This document shows, in pieces, positions 9,186 to 17,692 of a stretch of DNA of 64,000 bases. Origin of the DNA: a virus. The DNA lies in IMG/VR virus record IMGVR_UViG_3300017769_000001, positions 64,001 through 128,000 of that record; one strand, written 5' to 3'. The stretch's first letter is position 1; each line of letters starts with the position of its first letter. The notes beneath the pieces are model-generated. The model was not told where the DNA came from. It saw nothing but the letters and a program-made list of their open reading frames with translations, and ran no database searches. Both the position numbers and the translations under genes were made by a program.

Positions 9186-11309
9186 TCAGACATTAAAGCC
9201 GTTTTTGCGACAGAAGTCAACCATCTTGATGATCTTTTCTTGGTCAGAAGTCAGACCGTAGCTCATGATACAGCTAACCACCAGATTGTTGTAGATTGAT
9301 TCGACCTTTTCAATCGCGTCGACAAAATCCTTAACTTCGTCCGTGCAATGACCTTCCCATTCCGCAAGCAGACCAGTAGTGTCGTCCGAAGGCCGTCCGA
9401 CAATGTAATTGACAATGTCATCGACATTGCGGACGTAATCTCGGTACTTGTCAACTACCTTTTCACATTCCGGGTTGTCACCATATTGTAGGTATTTTTC
9501 GATACTCGAATCACGCAGCTTTGGGTTTGCTTTGTCTGCACGGATAAAGTAACTATCGAGAGCCATCATCTTCATGATGTCAGATTTTTTCGATTGCAAA
9601 AACTGCTTCAAAACAACATCATATCGAGCGAATCCGGCTTTCTTGATTTTGTTCTTGTTGTTTGCGGTTTCAACCACGTATTGGATGTCATCGCCGAAGA
9701 TAGACGGGACGAAGTAGCGATCATAGTCTACCAGATCGGAAGTGATTACCAGAGTCTTTTTGATGTCATAGACTCTGTTATCAGCTCGTGCGACCGATCC
9801 GCTCGTCTGTACAACCCGACCATAGATGGTTTCATCCGACTTCGTGCTGGTGGCTGTTCGGTTCGAACTCACACGAACTTTCTTGACTTCATTCTTGATG
9901 TCGGAAAGCTTGACATGCTTAATGTCTCGCCCGATACGAGCAGACAAGCGGCGAACGAAGTTTTTGCTTACCTCCCCTTCACGCTCACGGATAAGAATCA
10001 TATCCTTCGACAGACTGTGCAGCTTGATGTAACGATTAACGTTCGTCTTAATACCAGACTCACTCAAACCGATATCGTTCTCAACCAAAACTATAGAGTT
10101 GTATTTCTGGTAGCTGCTTTTGCAGAGTTCATTATAAGACAGCCGTTTCAGATATACTGGACTGCGCTTATAAATGCCAGCAGGAGTTGTCCGAGTAACA
10201 CTTGCAGACAGCCCATTCACAGACACGCCGAGGTTCTTGAACTTGTAAACATAAAGTCGCGTTCCGTTATAAGTGAATGTGCTGTACTTGCTGTTTTGTA
10301 GTGACGGAACCTCCGCATCCAAAATGTCCAACGCTTCAGTCCAGTTGGAAGCCGCAGAGATTTTATCCTGAATTTCTTGTTTTACTTTTTCAACAATATC
10401 ATTCACTCGGGCAGTAAGCTTTTCTTCAGTACCTTCAACCATCGAAAGCATTTCACGCGGAGCCGCCGGTTTCAGTTCTCCGTCTTCAAATGGGATGACA
10501 ATGGAGTCATCACCCACAAGCATACGGAAGAACGCACTTTCGCAGTCACGAACGACAGAACTGGGATACGGATAGATGACATTGTTCATCAGCGCGTACA
10601 CCCGATGACCGCTATACAGGCGAGAGTCTGAGAATAGTGACATTCTGGCGTATCCGCGCTCTTCAAACTGATCAAACGCGTCGTTGCAACGCAGGTTGAA
10701 ATCCTCACGACCGTGAATGATTGGGCGAGTCTTGAAGAAAGAAGCGACCGTCATTGTCTCGTGATAGAATTTATCCATGTCCTGTTCTTTAACGGGTACA
10801 CGAACCTCAACCCCATTACCGCGAGTCGTCGGTTGTTCGTGGATCAGTTCGATCACCGGCATCCCATCTTCATTGATCAGGGCAGCATACGTCCGAGTAA
10901 CACCGTCATAGTGAGCAACCACTTCGAAAGCATCGGTATACGCGAATGGAGTTTTACCGCCAATCCCGAAACCACCAGTTAGCTTGGCGGACTTGGTTTT
11001 GGTGGATTTGAACGCAGCCGCGAACACTGTACGAACACCAGTGTCGTCCAGACCAATGCCGTGATCGATGACAGAGAACACTTTGTTGAAGCGGTTTGGC
11101 AGTTGGATTTCAAAAGGAACATCCATCTTTCCGGCGTCGATGTGTGCGTCATTGGCGTTGCAGCAGATTTCGCGAACGATGGCAGCAATCTTGTGTTCAT
11201 AGATGCCGTCGAAAATGATGTTATACGCGGCTGCATTCATTTCTGCATCGAACGCAGTAGCGTTCGTGCCTGAAGTCATTACTTGACGTCCGAATTGGTC
11301 GAGTTTCAT
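9186..11309 (-). CDS. rIIA: rIIA-like protein
   Basis: GHKL/HATPase motifs REICCNANDAH, DHGIGL, GGFGIGGK; precedes rIIB. Confidence 0.92.
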   Translation of the reverse strand: MKLDQFGRQVMTSGTNATAFDAEMNAAAYNIIFDGIYEHKIAAIVREICCNANDAHIDAGKMDVPFEIQLPNRFNKVFSVIDHGIGLDDTGVRTVFAAAFKSTKTKSAKLTGGFGIGGKTPFAYTDAFEVVAHYDGVTRTYAALINEDGMPVIELIHEQPTTRGNGVEVRVPVKEQDMDKFYHETMTVASFFKTRPIIHGREDFNLRCNDAFDQFEERGYARMSLFSDSRLYSGHRVYALMNNVIYPYPSSVVRDCESAFFRMLVGDDSIVIPFEDGELKPAAPREMLSMVEGTEEKLTARVNDIVEKVKQEIQDKISAASNWTEALDILDAEVPSLQNSKYSTFTYNGTRLYVYKFKNLGVSVNGLSASVTRTTPAGIYKRSPVYLKRLSYNELCKSSYQKYNSIVLVENDIGLSESGIKTNVNRYIKLHSLSKDMILIREREGEVSKNFVRRLSARIGRDIKHVKLSDIKNEVKKVRVSSNRTATSTKSDETIYGRVVQTSGSVARADNRVYDIKKTLVITSDLVDYDRYFVPSIFGDDIQYVVETANNKNKIKKAGFARYDVVLKQFLQSKKSDIMKMMALDSYFIRADKANPKLRDSSIEKYLQYGDNPECEKVVDKYRDYVRNVDDIVNYIVGRPSDDTTGLLAEWEGHCTDEVKDFVDAIEKVESIYNNLVVSCIMSYGLTSDQEKIIKMVDFCRKNGFNV

Positions 11310-11356
11310 GTTACTTTTCTCCAGTCAGTATGTTACAGGTATTCTTTAACTTTGAC

Positions 11357-11394
11357 TCGAAGTGTGCAAGCAGTCGTATCTTTGCACACTTCGA
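11357..11394. repeat. 13-bp perfect inverted repeat upstream of rIIA
   Basis: TCGAAGTGTGCAA-12nt-TTGCACACTTCGA. Confidence 0.85.
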
Positions 11395-11410
11395 AGTAAA
11401 TTGCAAACTT

Positions 11411-11941
11411 TTATTTCAGAGTTTCATCCAACCAAACGATACATTTGATGAATTTCACTCCATTGGAGTGTTGGATTGTGACGTCACCAAAGACTTCTCG
11501 ACACTCGTCAAGATACGACTCCAGAGGCATACGATTCTGCCAGCCATCCCGAGTTTCACCCGCTTGGGATGACCCGTCTCCAGCATAAACAGTGATCACG
11601 ACATAACCACCGTTGCGCATCATTTCTCTCGCTTGTTTGAGAACCGAAATTCTCTCTTCACGATCTTTGATGACATTAAGCACGTTGCTGATAGTCGTCA
11701 CGTGCGGTGGATGTCGTTTCAGCAATTCCAGACAAACTTCATTGGTAAGTCTGGGTTGGTTGTGGGGGTCATAACCGAAGTATGCGAATCCATTATCCTC
11801 GCACCACTGCTGGAACTTTGCAGGTTTTCCGCAGCCAAGATCGAATACTCGCGGTTTGGTGACTTCACCAAAATTCAACACTGACAACGCATGGCGAATC
11901 TTGGGTAACTGGTTTCTTGCTGTTTTCTTTGAATCAATCAT
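11411..11941 (-). CDS. class I SAM-dependent methyltransferase
   Basis: VFDLGCGK motif I, YDP, SNVLNVI motif; start set at MIDSKK. Confidence 0.8.
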   Translation of the reverse strand: MIDSKKTARNQLPKIRHALSVLNFGEVTKPRVFDLGCGKPAKFQQWCEDNGFAYFGYDPHNQPRLTNEVCLELLKRHPPHVTTISNVLNVIKDREERISVLKQAREMMRNGGYVVITVYAGDGSSQAGETRDGWQNRMPLESYLDECREVFGDVTIQHSNGVKFIKCIVWLDETLK

Positions 11942-11952
11942 GGTAGCACCTG

Positions 11953-12309
11953 TTAACGAATGTCCCAGCAATCTGACGTACTCTTGTCAACTTCCAGAAC
12001 GTATGGCTTCAATTCGGATTGAATGCGTTTCGCTTGCCTGATTCGGCAGCGATCGCTGTCAGTACAAGAAATCAAGCCGCTTCCTAGACGATAGTAGACG
12101 TCCAGCAGCTCGGCGTCATTCCGGATTTCAATGACAGTCTTATTCCGCTCCAGAATCTGATACGTATGGTGTTCTGGACTGATGACATTCGGATGCGTTG
12201 GATCGGCTTTGAACTCGGCAACGGCATCCCAGTATGCCGGTTCTTCGGAATCACTGAAAGTTTCAATGAAATCGGCAGTAGCCTTGACTTTGATAGGATA
12301 GTTGTTCAT
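11953..12309 (-). CDS. hypothetical protein
   Basis: 118 aa, GGGAAAAGGTATG RBS. Confidence 0.7.
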   Translation of the reverse strand: MNNYPIKVKATADFIETFSDSEEPAYWDAVAEFKADPTHPNVISPEHHTYQILERNKTVIEIRNDAELLDVYYRLGSGLISCTDSDRCRIRQAKRIQSELKPYVLEVDKSTSDCWDIR

Positions 12310-12563
12310 ACCTTTTCCCTTTTCTGACGAATGTACTCTTTGATAACAGCAGAAACTGCTTCAGTCACGTCCCTGCCGTCTTTATCTACCGCGTACAGAA
12401 CGGAACCACACTTGTTATCAGCCGGAACCGCACGGATGGCGATGAATGCGCGACCTTTGCTGTTACGGACGTGATCAACACTATATCCGCGAATGACGTT
12501 GATAGTCGCCCTGATAACTTCACGGCGCACTTTCGGATGATTCAGTGACGTTTTAGTGATCAT
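12306..12563 (-). CDS. hypothetical protein
   Basis: start set at the cassette RBS (MITKTSL). Confidence 0.7.
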   Translation of the reverse strand: MITKTSLNHPKVRREVIRATINVIRGYSVDHVRNSKGRAFIAIRAVPADNKCGSVLYAVDKDGRDVTEAVSAVIKEYIRQKREKV

Positions 12564-12643
12564 ACCTTTCCCCTTTCCAACTTTCATTTCAAAACTTCAC
12601 TACGTGTGCCACTGTATCAACAATGGCACCGATAGTCAAGTCT
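12561..12643 (-). promoter_or_regulatory. repeated early promoter-stem-loop-RBS cassette, copy 1
   Basis: TTGACT-17nt-TACAGT with inverted repeat around -10, then GGGGAAAGGTATG; near-identical to 14327 and 15692 copies. Confidence 0.9.
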
Positions 12644-12647
12644 CCTG

Positions 12648-12833
12648 TTAAACTTTTCGAGTAATCAGGTTTGCGTTGCGAACCCGCTCACACACGGACT
12701 TGCGACCGTTCTTCATACCCTTTCGGGGGATGACGACGTCAGTATAGCCGTTCGGAGCATTCAGCGGAGAATCCGCATACTTGCCAAGCGGGTACACTTG
12801 TTCACCAGTAGATTTCAGTACGACTTGTTTCAT
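12648..12833 (-). CDS. hypothetical protein
   Basis: 61 aa, TAATG coupling. Confidence 0.65.
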   Translation of the reverse strand: MKQVVLKSTGEQVYPLGKYADSPLNAPNGYTDVVIPRKGMKNGRKSVCERVRNANLITRKV

Positions 12834-13159
12834 TACAGTTTCCCCTTCATTTCTTCATAACGACAGCCGCCATACAGCTGCCCGTTCGCTTTAACGCTGA
12901 TCAGTCGATCAACGCGGAATCGCTTGTGCTTTCCGGTTTCGGAGAATGCTCCGAACTCAGACATTGTAATCGTGTTCTGTTCACGATCATAGTTCAATTT
13001 GGCTCGACCATTGCCAGTTTTTCCTTTCTGGATTGTCTTGTTGCCAAACTGGCCGTTCATCTTTCGGATAGAGCCATCTGAATTGATGAATGTCACAGTG
13101 AACATACGACCACCGCGAATCACATCAAGCACCTGTTCACGAGTTTTAAGAATTTTCAT
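12833..13159 (-). CDS. WYL/SH3-like domain protein
   Basis: FTVTF..SDGSIRKM...RFRVDRL pattern resembles phage WYL-like proteins. Confidence 0.5.
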   Translation of the reverse strand: MKILKTREQVLDVIRGGRMFTVTFINSDGSIRKMNGQFGNKTIQKGKTGNGRAKLNYDREQNTITMSEFGAFSETGKHKRFRVDRLISVKANGQLYGGCRYEEMKGKL

Positions 13160-13173
13160 TCGATTGTCAACTC

Positions 13174-13386
13174 CTATTTCACGATTTTGACATCAATCAC
13201 TGCGCTCGTCGACACTTTTCGAGTTAGTTCAACCAGTCGACCGATGTGGACAGGATGAACATAGTGAACGCCAGTGACGGTTTCGATAGCACCACTATCA
13301 ACGACTTGAAGAGTCGTTTTACGAACAACCCCGGACGAATCACAAACATTACTTTCCGCTATCCGTTTCAATGTTGCGTACTTCAT
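13174..13386 (-). CDS. hypothetical protein
   Basis: 70 aa ORF in operon. Confidence 0.55.
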   Translation of the reverse strand: MKYATLKRIAESNVCDSSGVVRKTTLQVVDSGAIETVTGVHYVHPVHIGRLVELTRKVSTSAVIDVKIVK

Positions 13387-13621
13387 TCTTGATAGCCTTA
13401 ATCAGTTGATCTTTCAGTCGTTTCCCCATAACAGGGAACCGAACGGTAGTTGAACCATGATACACTACACTGAACACACTGAACAGCTCGTGGTAGTCTT
13501 TCACCACTATAGTACTGAACCGGCGATTCGTGACAGCCTGAACCACCGGCATGTTGAAACCTTCAGCGTCTCTGGCAATCTGATTAACAATCGCTTCACT
13601 AGCTACGAATGACTTTTTCAT
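13349..13621 (-). CDS. hypothetical protein
   Basis: start set at MKKSFV with GAGG RBS; longer track ORF overlaps 13629-13943. Confidence 0.65.
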   Translation of the reverse strand: MKKSFVASEAIVNQIARDAEGFNMPVVQAVTNRRFSTIVVKDYHELFSVFSVVYHGSTTVRFPVMGKRLKDQLIKAIKNEVRNIETDSGK

Positions 13622-13628
13622 GTTAACC

Positions 13629-13943
13629 TCAGTGAAGTAAGCCGTTTCGGCGACGTTGTTTAGCCGCACGGTATGAATCGTAATGGTTGCCGCTGTCACA
13701 CGGCTCTTGATCATAGACGTTGGGTGGCGTTGGGGCGACAACACGCATAACCATGTCGACAGTAATGGCGTCAACTTCAGAAACTTTGTCGGTTTTGCCT
13801 TCACTGGCGTACGCGGCTTTAGCTTTCTTAATGCCGCGTTGGATAGCAGTTTCCAACGTCTGACAGTCTGGGTTGTGTTTAGAAGCCTGCCCAGCGAAAA
13901 ACACAACAGCTTGCATTGGCGGTAAATTTGTAATGAAACTCAT
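13629..13943 (-). CDS. hypothetical protein
   Basis: 104 aa, ATGA overlap. Confidence 0.7.
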   Translation of the reverse strand: MSFITNLPPMQAVVFFAGQASKHNPDCQTLETAIQRGIKKAKAAYASEGKTDKVSEVDAITVDMVMRVVAPTPPNVYDQEPCDSGNHYDSYRAAKQRRRNGLLH

Positions 13944-14329
13944 TTTGAAATCCCCATGCCGAACTCATTGAAAGGGCGTTTGAGTACAGCGAAGTCAGCA
14001 CACTCATACGTCCGCTCGCCTTCATTAAAGCCACCGAATTCCATTATATGTTTTCCGGTTTCGGCAATAAGAACACTCTCTAATGCATCCAGTGCAGACA
14101 AGCCAGTCAGAACAAAGCATTCTCCGGTGTTCAGATTCATACAGTGAAAGATATTAACCGAATCCTTAAACTCAGCCATACCATCAAACCCCATAACCTC
14201 ACCAGTGAAGCCGGAGTTTACACGGCTCCCGTAATGACATTTCTCTGGGCTCTTAGAAACCAAGTACCCTCGTGGGATATAACCGCCGATGGCACCCATA
14301 ACAATTCTAGTTGTGATCAACAAAGACAT
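13940..14329 (-). CDS. hypothetical protein
   Basis: begins at RBS of cassette copy 2. Confidence 0.7.
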   Translation of the reverse strand: MSLLITTRIVMGAIGGYIPRGYLVSKSPEKCHYGSRVNSGFTGEVMGFDGMAEFKDSVNIFHCMNLNTGECFVLTGLSALDALESVLIAETGKHIMEFGGFNEGERTYECADFAVLKRPFNEFGMGISK

Positions 14330-14412
14330 ACCTTTTCCCCCTTTCCAACTTTCATTTCAAAACTTCACTACGGGTGCCACTGTATCAACAATGGCACCGA
14401 TAGTCAAGTCTT
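14327..14412 (-). promoter_or_regulatory. repeated early promoter-stem-loop-RBS cassette, copy 2
   Basis: direct repeat of 12561-12643. Confidence 0.9.
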
Positions 14413-14415
14413 GGT

Positions 14416-15177
14416 TTATGCAGTGATCACGAAACCACTGCTATCCTTTCTCGCCTTGCCTTTCGCAGACAAGCCAACAATGACGCCTTTCTTGTCAAGA
14501 AACCGCAGGTCGGATTCATCGCCGTTCTCTACTGTCTTCCCCATCCACATGATGGGGAACAGCTTTTTGCTGAACACTACAGCAAGATTCACGCCATACT
14601 TGTTAGCAGCCGCAACAATCAAGTCACGGTATTTTTCATTGGCTTCACTATAACTGGCGGTGATATGCCAGTTATCGACACCGGCAGCAGCCCTCATGAT
14701 ATTTGGGCGTTTGGTGTAGTCATAAAACTGAATGTGGCTGTACTTGTCGAAAATGGTCTCGCCGTCCTTGTAAACAACATTCATCCAATTGATATCAGAC
14801 GTACCATTCAAACGCAGTACTGGTATCATACCTTTCCGTTCCGCCTTTTTGATCATGGCGTCAATTTCAGCACACAACCATTCAAAGAACAGGTCTCGGT
14901 TCTCTTCAAACAACCGCGTTCTTTCGGCTCTGGCTCGACCGATACCCGGCATGAAAGCAGCCCGACCGGCAGACACCAGACACGGAGTCCGACAACCGGC
15001 TATTTCTGACATTGGGCAGATCTGGTCGTTGGGCATCATGTACAGAACCCCAGTCAAGTAACCAAACTTCTGTCCTTTGATGGTTTTGGAGTCGACACCG
15101 ACTGAAAGCAAAGAACCAACTTCGTATCCGAGCAGGTTCACTTTCCGGATTATCGCAGCTTTTGATTGCTTTTTCAT
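14416..15177 (-). CDS. phage GP88-like cysteine-motif protein
   Basis: CP.....GC...CL..AGR, RLNGTSDI, FYDYTK, GDESDLRF motifs; start set at MKKQSK. Confidence 0.65.
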   Translation of the reverse strand: MKKQSKAAIIRKVNLLGYEVGSLLSVGVDSKTIKGQKFGYLTGVLYMMPNDQICPMSEIAGCRTPCLVSAGRAAFMPGIGRARAERTRLFEENRDLFFEWLCAEIDAMIKKAERKGMIPVLRLNGTSDINWMNVVYKDGETIFDKYSHIQFYDYTKRPNIMRAAAGVDNWHITASYSEANEKYRDLIVAAANKYGVNLAVVFSKKLFPIMWMGKTVENGDESDLRFLDKKGVIVGLSAKGKARKDSSGFVITA

Positions 15178-15181
15178 GATG

Positions 15182-15535
15182 TTATCCCCAGTATTTCCAA
15201 TCAGTTTCAAAGAAAGAACCACTACCAGTCTTTCGGTCGACATTCAAGCGATATTCGACTTCACCAATGCCGTTGTCGGTTTCCACAAGCAACCGAATAA
15301 ACCCAGTCAGTCGATCACGACCATGCAACTCACCATAACAGTACTCTGGGTATGATGGTTCGACTGAAGTAGAAGTAGAATGCGGTAACTCGATATCAGT
15401 GACTTCAGACAAAACCTTAAAGTCACCATATACTTTGTTGATAATGTCTTGCTGGCTCGCGCCTTTTCTAGTGAACAGCGCAGTACAGAACCGGCCAAGT
15501 TTATCAGTGTATTCAACCTTTACAAACGCTTTCAT
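15182..15535 (-). CDS. hypothetical protein
   Basis: 117 aa, GGGGAAAAGGTATG RBS. Confidence 0.7.
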   Translation of the reverse strand: MKAFVKVEYTDKLGRFCTALFTRKGASQQDIINKVYGDFKVLSEVTDIELPHSTSTSVEPSYPEYCYGELHGRDRLTGFIRLLVETDNGIGEVEYRLNVDRKTGSGSFFETDWKYWG

Positions 15536-15550
15536 ACCTTTTCCCCTCGG

Positions 15551-15694
15551 TCAACCACCGCACATTTTCAAGTCTTTTTGAAGCATTTTCAATTCTGCTT
15601 CAAGTAAATCGCGATCACGCGCAGTAGCCATAATTTTGAGTTTCATCTCAACGAGAGCGATTTTCTTGATCAATGACTTTTTGTAATCGGTCAT
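15551..15694 (-). CDS. 47-aa helical protein (not in ORF track)
   Basis: starts at RBS of cassette copy 3: MTDYKKSLIKKIAL...KMCGG. Confidence 0.65.
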   Translation of the reverse strand: MTDYKKSLIKKIALVEMKLKIMATARDRDLLEAELKMLQKDLKMCGG

Positions 15695-15771
15695 ACCTTT
15701 CCCCTTTCCGACGTTTCAAAACTTCACTACGGGTGCCACTGTATCAACAATGGCACCGATAGTCAAGTCTT
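15692..15771 (-). promoter_or_regulatory. repeated early promoter-stem-loop-RBS cassette, copy 3
   Basis: direct repeat of 12561-12643 with a short change in the leader. Confidence 0.9.
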
Positions 15772-15783
15772 GTTTTAAAATTG

Positions 15784-16035
15784 TCAGTCGACAATTTCCA
15801 GACCATAGACACCCGGATAGAATTCTTGACGAATCCCAGTATCGATATCTTCAACGAACACGCGACCGGTAGAATTCTCGTGTTTTGGGCGAGAATGTGA
15901 GATCAACTTCGCAGCACCGCCGCGAAAGTCACGCACAGTATCGCCAGCGGAAACAGTCTTACCGGAATGCATGTCAATCACTTTCGAAGTATCCGGCTTT
16001 TGTACCATACCACTCAGAATGATTACAGTTGTCAT
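15784..16035 (-). CDS. hypothetical protein
   Basis: start set at MTTVII after GGGGAAAGG. Confidence 0.65.
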   Translation of the reverse strand: MTTVIILSGMVQKPDTSKVIDMHSGKTVSAGDTVRDFRGGAAKLISHSRPKHENSTGRVFVEDIDTGIRQEFYPGVYGLEIVD

Positions 16036-16046
16036 TACCTTTCCCC

Positions 16047-16238
16047 TTAAAACGGATTCGACCAATTGTCGTACTGCTGCTGCGTGATTAGACCATCCTT
16101 ACACAGACCATCGGTAAAGACAGACCATGCCTCACGTTTGGCGATAGAGTCGCCGTTAAAGTTTGTGCAACGCACACACTCACGAAACATAGTCAACGCT
16201 TCATCCTTACGGACTCGAACCTTTCGCACACCTTTCAT
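16047..16238 (-). CDS. hypothetical protein
   Basis: start set at MKGVRK after GAGG. Confidence 0.65.
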   Translation of the reverse strand: MKGVRKVRVRKDEALTMFRECVRCTNFNGDSIAKREAWSVFTDGLCKDGLITQQQYDNWSNPF

Positions 16239-16246
16239 AGCACACC

Positions 16247-16732
16247 TCAATAACAAAAGTCAACACTTACAACCTTAGCAGGAATGTCTCCATACTCTCC
16301 GACATTTATCGCATCGGACATGTAGTAGTCGACAATACCATCAACCGTCCCGCTGATATCAGTATCGAACGACATGAGCCCACATGACTCCCCGATTGGT
16401 CGGTAGTTGACTTTTACGCTGTGCGGTTTTGGTGTGGATTTTTCCCGCCGAATGGCTTTAGCACTCGCTTTCAGAATACAAACCAGCTCCGACTTAGTGA
16501 GTGCGGTGGTTCCAAAGGCATCCTTGTGCTTTTTGGATATAACCACAAACATAGAATCCCACTCTCGAAGTGGAATGTCGTTGAAATTCGGACAGATAGA
16601 GTCGACAATTCTCGACTCCCCAATCCCACTGGCAACTAACTGTTTCATACCATCAGTTACAAACTGACCATAGAATTGGTCATGTGTGAAATGACCAGCC
16701 ATGTATTCTTTGCGCGTTATCAAAGTGTCCAT
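16247..16732 (-). CDS. hypothetical protein
   Basis: 161 aa, GGGGAAAAGTTATG RBS. Confidence 0.75.
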   Translation of the reverse strand: MDTLITRKEYMAGHFTHDQFYGQFVTDGMKQLVASGIGESRIVDSICPNFNDIPLREWDSMFVVISKKHKDAFGTTALTKSELVCILKASAKAIRREKSTPKPHSVKVNYRPIGESCGLMSFDTDISGTVDGIVDYYMSDAINVGEYGDIPAKVVSVDFCY

Positions 16733-16751
16733 AACTTTTCCCCTATACTAT

Positions 16752-17027
16752 TCACACACTACGCATGATTACAAGATTGATTACGACACAATCGCCCGCC
16801 ATGCCGTCGACGTCGTTTGTGTGACAGAATTCTGATTCCGCGCCCTCGCTGACAGACCAGTGATAGTGTGTACCTCCAAAGGCGTCTCTAAGACTTTCGG
16901 CGCGTTCTTCCAATGCGTCGACCGATTCAATTTCATCGTCGGTCATACCTGTTTCGTCTCCGTTTACGATACTGCAAAGAGCATACGAAGGCACAGTAAA
17001 CTCGATATTTTCCAGTACTTCTGTCAT
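16752..17027 (-). CDS. small acidic hypothetical protein, first gene of early operon
   Basis: start set at MTEVLE after GGGGAAAAG. Confidence 0.7.
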   Translation of the reverse strand: MTEVLENIEFTVPSYALCSIVNGDETGMTDDEIESVDALEERAESLRDAFGGTHYHWSVSEGAESEFCHTNDVDGMAGDCVVINLVIMRSV

Positions 17028-17044
17028 AACTTTTCCCCTTTCCA

Positions 17045-17686
17045 ACATTGACAGCACACTTCGGAGAGCTGCCGCCTAACATAAGCGGCAACCCGAAATC
17101 AACTGTTTTGGCTAACTTGCTCGTTAACAGCTTGCCACACTGACACTATTTCCCGCCTATGAGATACACCAGACTGCCAGCGGGAATAGCCGATATAGTG
17201 ACAGTCTGGCTGAATTCCGCGTTTCAGCCTTCAGCGGATAGTCTCGAACCGGTTTTGTGTGTTAGGTCATTTACAAGGACACACGAACCCCTTGAACGTA
17301 AATTTACAGTTTGGGTGCATTGAAATCATACACTTACACTGAAGGCTGTTACCGCCTGAGAGTGACATTCTCCGGTTAAGAGACTATCCGCCAGCATGTA
17401 AGATCGACACCTTTTCAGGCGCAACTGTGCCACGCTAACACATTTGCCTTTACTCCGTTCCAGTTTGTTACCGGTGGCCGCAACTATAACAGAGCCAGAA
17501 TCATTAGGTTACTAAAAGCGCCAAAAACTCACTTTCACTTTCGCCGACATTCATGGCCTAGCAAGTACTAGCCGCACGTTCTGAGTGCGATACAGTCCTA
17601 GACGTAACTCCCCTTCGGGAATGGGATTCCACCGTAGTGATACCCGTTGTCTCCAAATTTTTAAAGAACGTTGGCGTTTCAGCCTG
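17045..17686 (-). ncRNA. candidate large structured RNA / leader (~620-640 nt)
   Basis: no ORF >=60 aa; downstream of a consensus promoter; multiple long helices, two crossing helix pairs, G-U pairs favouring the minus strand. Confidence 0.6.
17655..17685 (-). promoter_or_regulatory. boxB-like hairpin + boxA-like antitermination site 1
   Basis: GGC-TGAAAC-GCC then CGTTCTTTAAAAATTT just after the predicted start. Confidence 0.65.
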
Positions 17687-17692
17687 TGAACC

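Noticed and set aside
12561-15771. CRISPR array from repeated hairpin-containing units
   Set aside because: Units are ~80 bp, separated by kilobases of genes, and contain a promoter and RBS
17045-17686. tmRNA, RNase P RNA or self-splicing intron
   Set aside because: No tRNA-like ends or recognisable conserved cores by eye, and no interrupted gene; needs an Rfam search to exclude fully
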